This document shows, piece after piece, positions 62,807-64,000 of a stretch of DNA of 64,000 nt. The stretch comes from Camelus dromedarius (lineage: Eukaryota). Numbering within the stretch: position 1 is the first letter of the stretch; every line of letters begins with the position of its first letter. A program made the position numbers and the translations under genes. The notes under the pieces were generated by a model. The model ran no database searches and was not told where the DNA came from. It saw nothing but the letters and a program-made list of their open reading frames with translations. Location of the stretch: NCBI RefSeq assembly GCF_036321535.1, contig NC_087436.1, positions 89,158,001 through 89,222,000 of the forward strand, given 5' to 3'.

Positions 62807-64000
62807 AAAACCAAATCTAGACATGTGACTCAATCACAGTGCTTTGAGCTGGATACGTCTTAGAGAATGGGGAAATAGACAGCTTTTATCTTCTCTGCCA
62901 CGTTTTCTCTCCATCCGGCTATAGTCTTCATGCCTTCTTTTCATAAAACTATTCTCATGAAAATCTGGTATTGGTCAGTGTAAATTGGCACTCTCTCTCT
63001 CTCAGGAGTATTTGGAAGTTAAGCCTTGGAATTAAAAATAGAGTCTATCACTGCACGGATTTCATACCCCAGCAGACTAAGACTGCCTTTGTGTGCCTGA
63101 GTGCGCGTACACAAGTGTCTGTGTGCGCGTAAAACGGTAAGGAGAGGAAATGCAGAGAAGCTGCCCCTGAAACCATCAGGTGTTCATTTACTTTGCTTAT
63201 GTCTGAGGCTGTTATTTACCAACAGATTAAAGCCCGAGTGAAGGGTCTGATTAGCGGTGTTTGATTAGATGAACAATTTTCTCGATGGGTATACTTGGGA
63301 ACTTCTTATGGGAGGAAAGTGAGAAGAATTAGCCTCTCAAGATTCCTTTTAATCAGGGATTAAAACCACCTAAACAATTTTAAATATTTGACCTGTGGTC
63401 TCCGGTCCAAGCATCACTGTGACTTAGTAGACCTGGAAATGCTAAAGCATTTGTCTAATCTTTGCTGTTTGTCTCCGTACGTCCTTCCTGTGCTTCTGAT
63501 TTTGATCTTCAAAATCAGACAGCGAAATCACAACATGCGGCCAGTTGTGAGCAGAGAACACGAGACCACGTGTGTGCCAAGCATGTAACCACAAATCCAG
63601 GCCCGACGTGTTACAACGCTAATTATGTAAGCAGCCAGCTTGGATAACTTAATGTCCTCATAAAGGAGACCACAGTGATTTACCACTTGAATTTAGATGC
63701 ATCTGCTGCCTTTGAACCTCAAAGCCAGACTCAATTTTCTCTTTCTCAGCATCGTCCGCAGCCATGGTTTCAAGAGGAGAGGGCAAAGTGCAGAGAAATC
63801 ATTGAGCTAGTTTTAACCTAGTTGTTTTTGTTTTTATTCTTCAGACCTGTCTAAGGTCCTCTGAGGTCCTTGCTTTCATTTTCTTAACCCCAGAAGGAGC
63901 AAATGGAAAAGGCTCAGAGCAGCATGAAGTGGTTCCAAGAGTAGTGCTGTGAGCATACATTTGTCCTGCTTGGGAGTGAGGTTTTGCCTCCAACCTACGC

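Noticed and set aside
63750..63806. Acceptor followed by Kozak-context ATG (GCAGCCATGG, MVSRGEGKVQRNH)
   Set aside because: The ORF closes after 13 codons and no donor follows. The resemblance to a fluorescent-protein N-terminus is coincidental.
1..64000. A novel multi-gene system, CRISPR-like array or prokaryotic-style locus
   Set aside because: No repeat-spacer array, no long ORFs and no operon-like structure. The sequence is explained by mammalian interspersed repeats and unique non-coding DNA.

Overview
This window is AT-rich, CpG-depleted mammalian non-coding DNA, either intergenic or inside a large intron. Two tRNA-Ala-derived SINEs of the vic-1 type and artiodactyl-type L1 3' ends point to a camelid genome (alpaca, llama or camel). 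I recognise no cellular protein-coding gene, rRNA, functional tRNA or CRISPR array. The only ORF with recognisable protein content is the C-terminal part of L1 ORF2p in a young 5'-truncated L1 (13738-14340, minus strand). A large share of the window is interspersed repeats: L1, L2, MIR, MaLR/ERVL LTRs and hAT/Tigger DNA transposon relics. Family names were assigned by eye from remembered consensus sequences and need RepeatMasker/Dfam confirmation, and the boundaries of old elements are approximate. I found no evidence for a new biological system. The best-supported oddities are mechanistic fossils: an unidentified ~220-bp sequence between apparent TSDs (possible retrocopy), a twin-primed inverted L1, an internal L1 fragment with its own TSD, extra bases at an L1 5' junction, a solo LTR carrying TATA plus a perfect splice donor, and a fold-back array of alternating inverted 11-mers. 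A few candidate regulatory elements are also noted.
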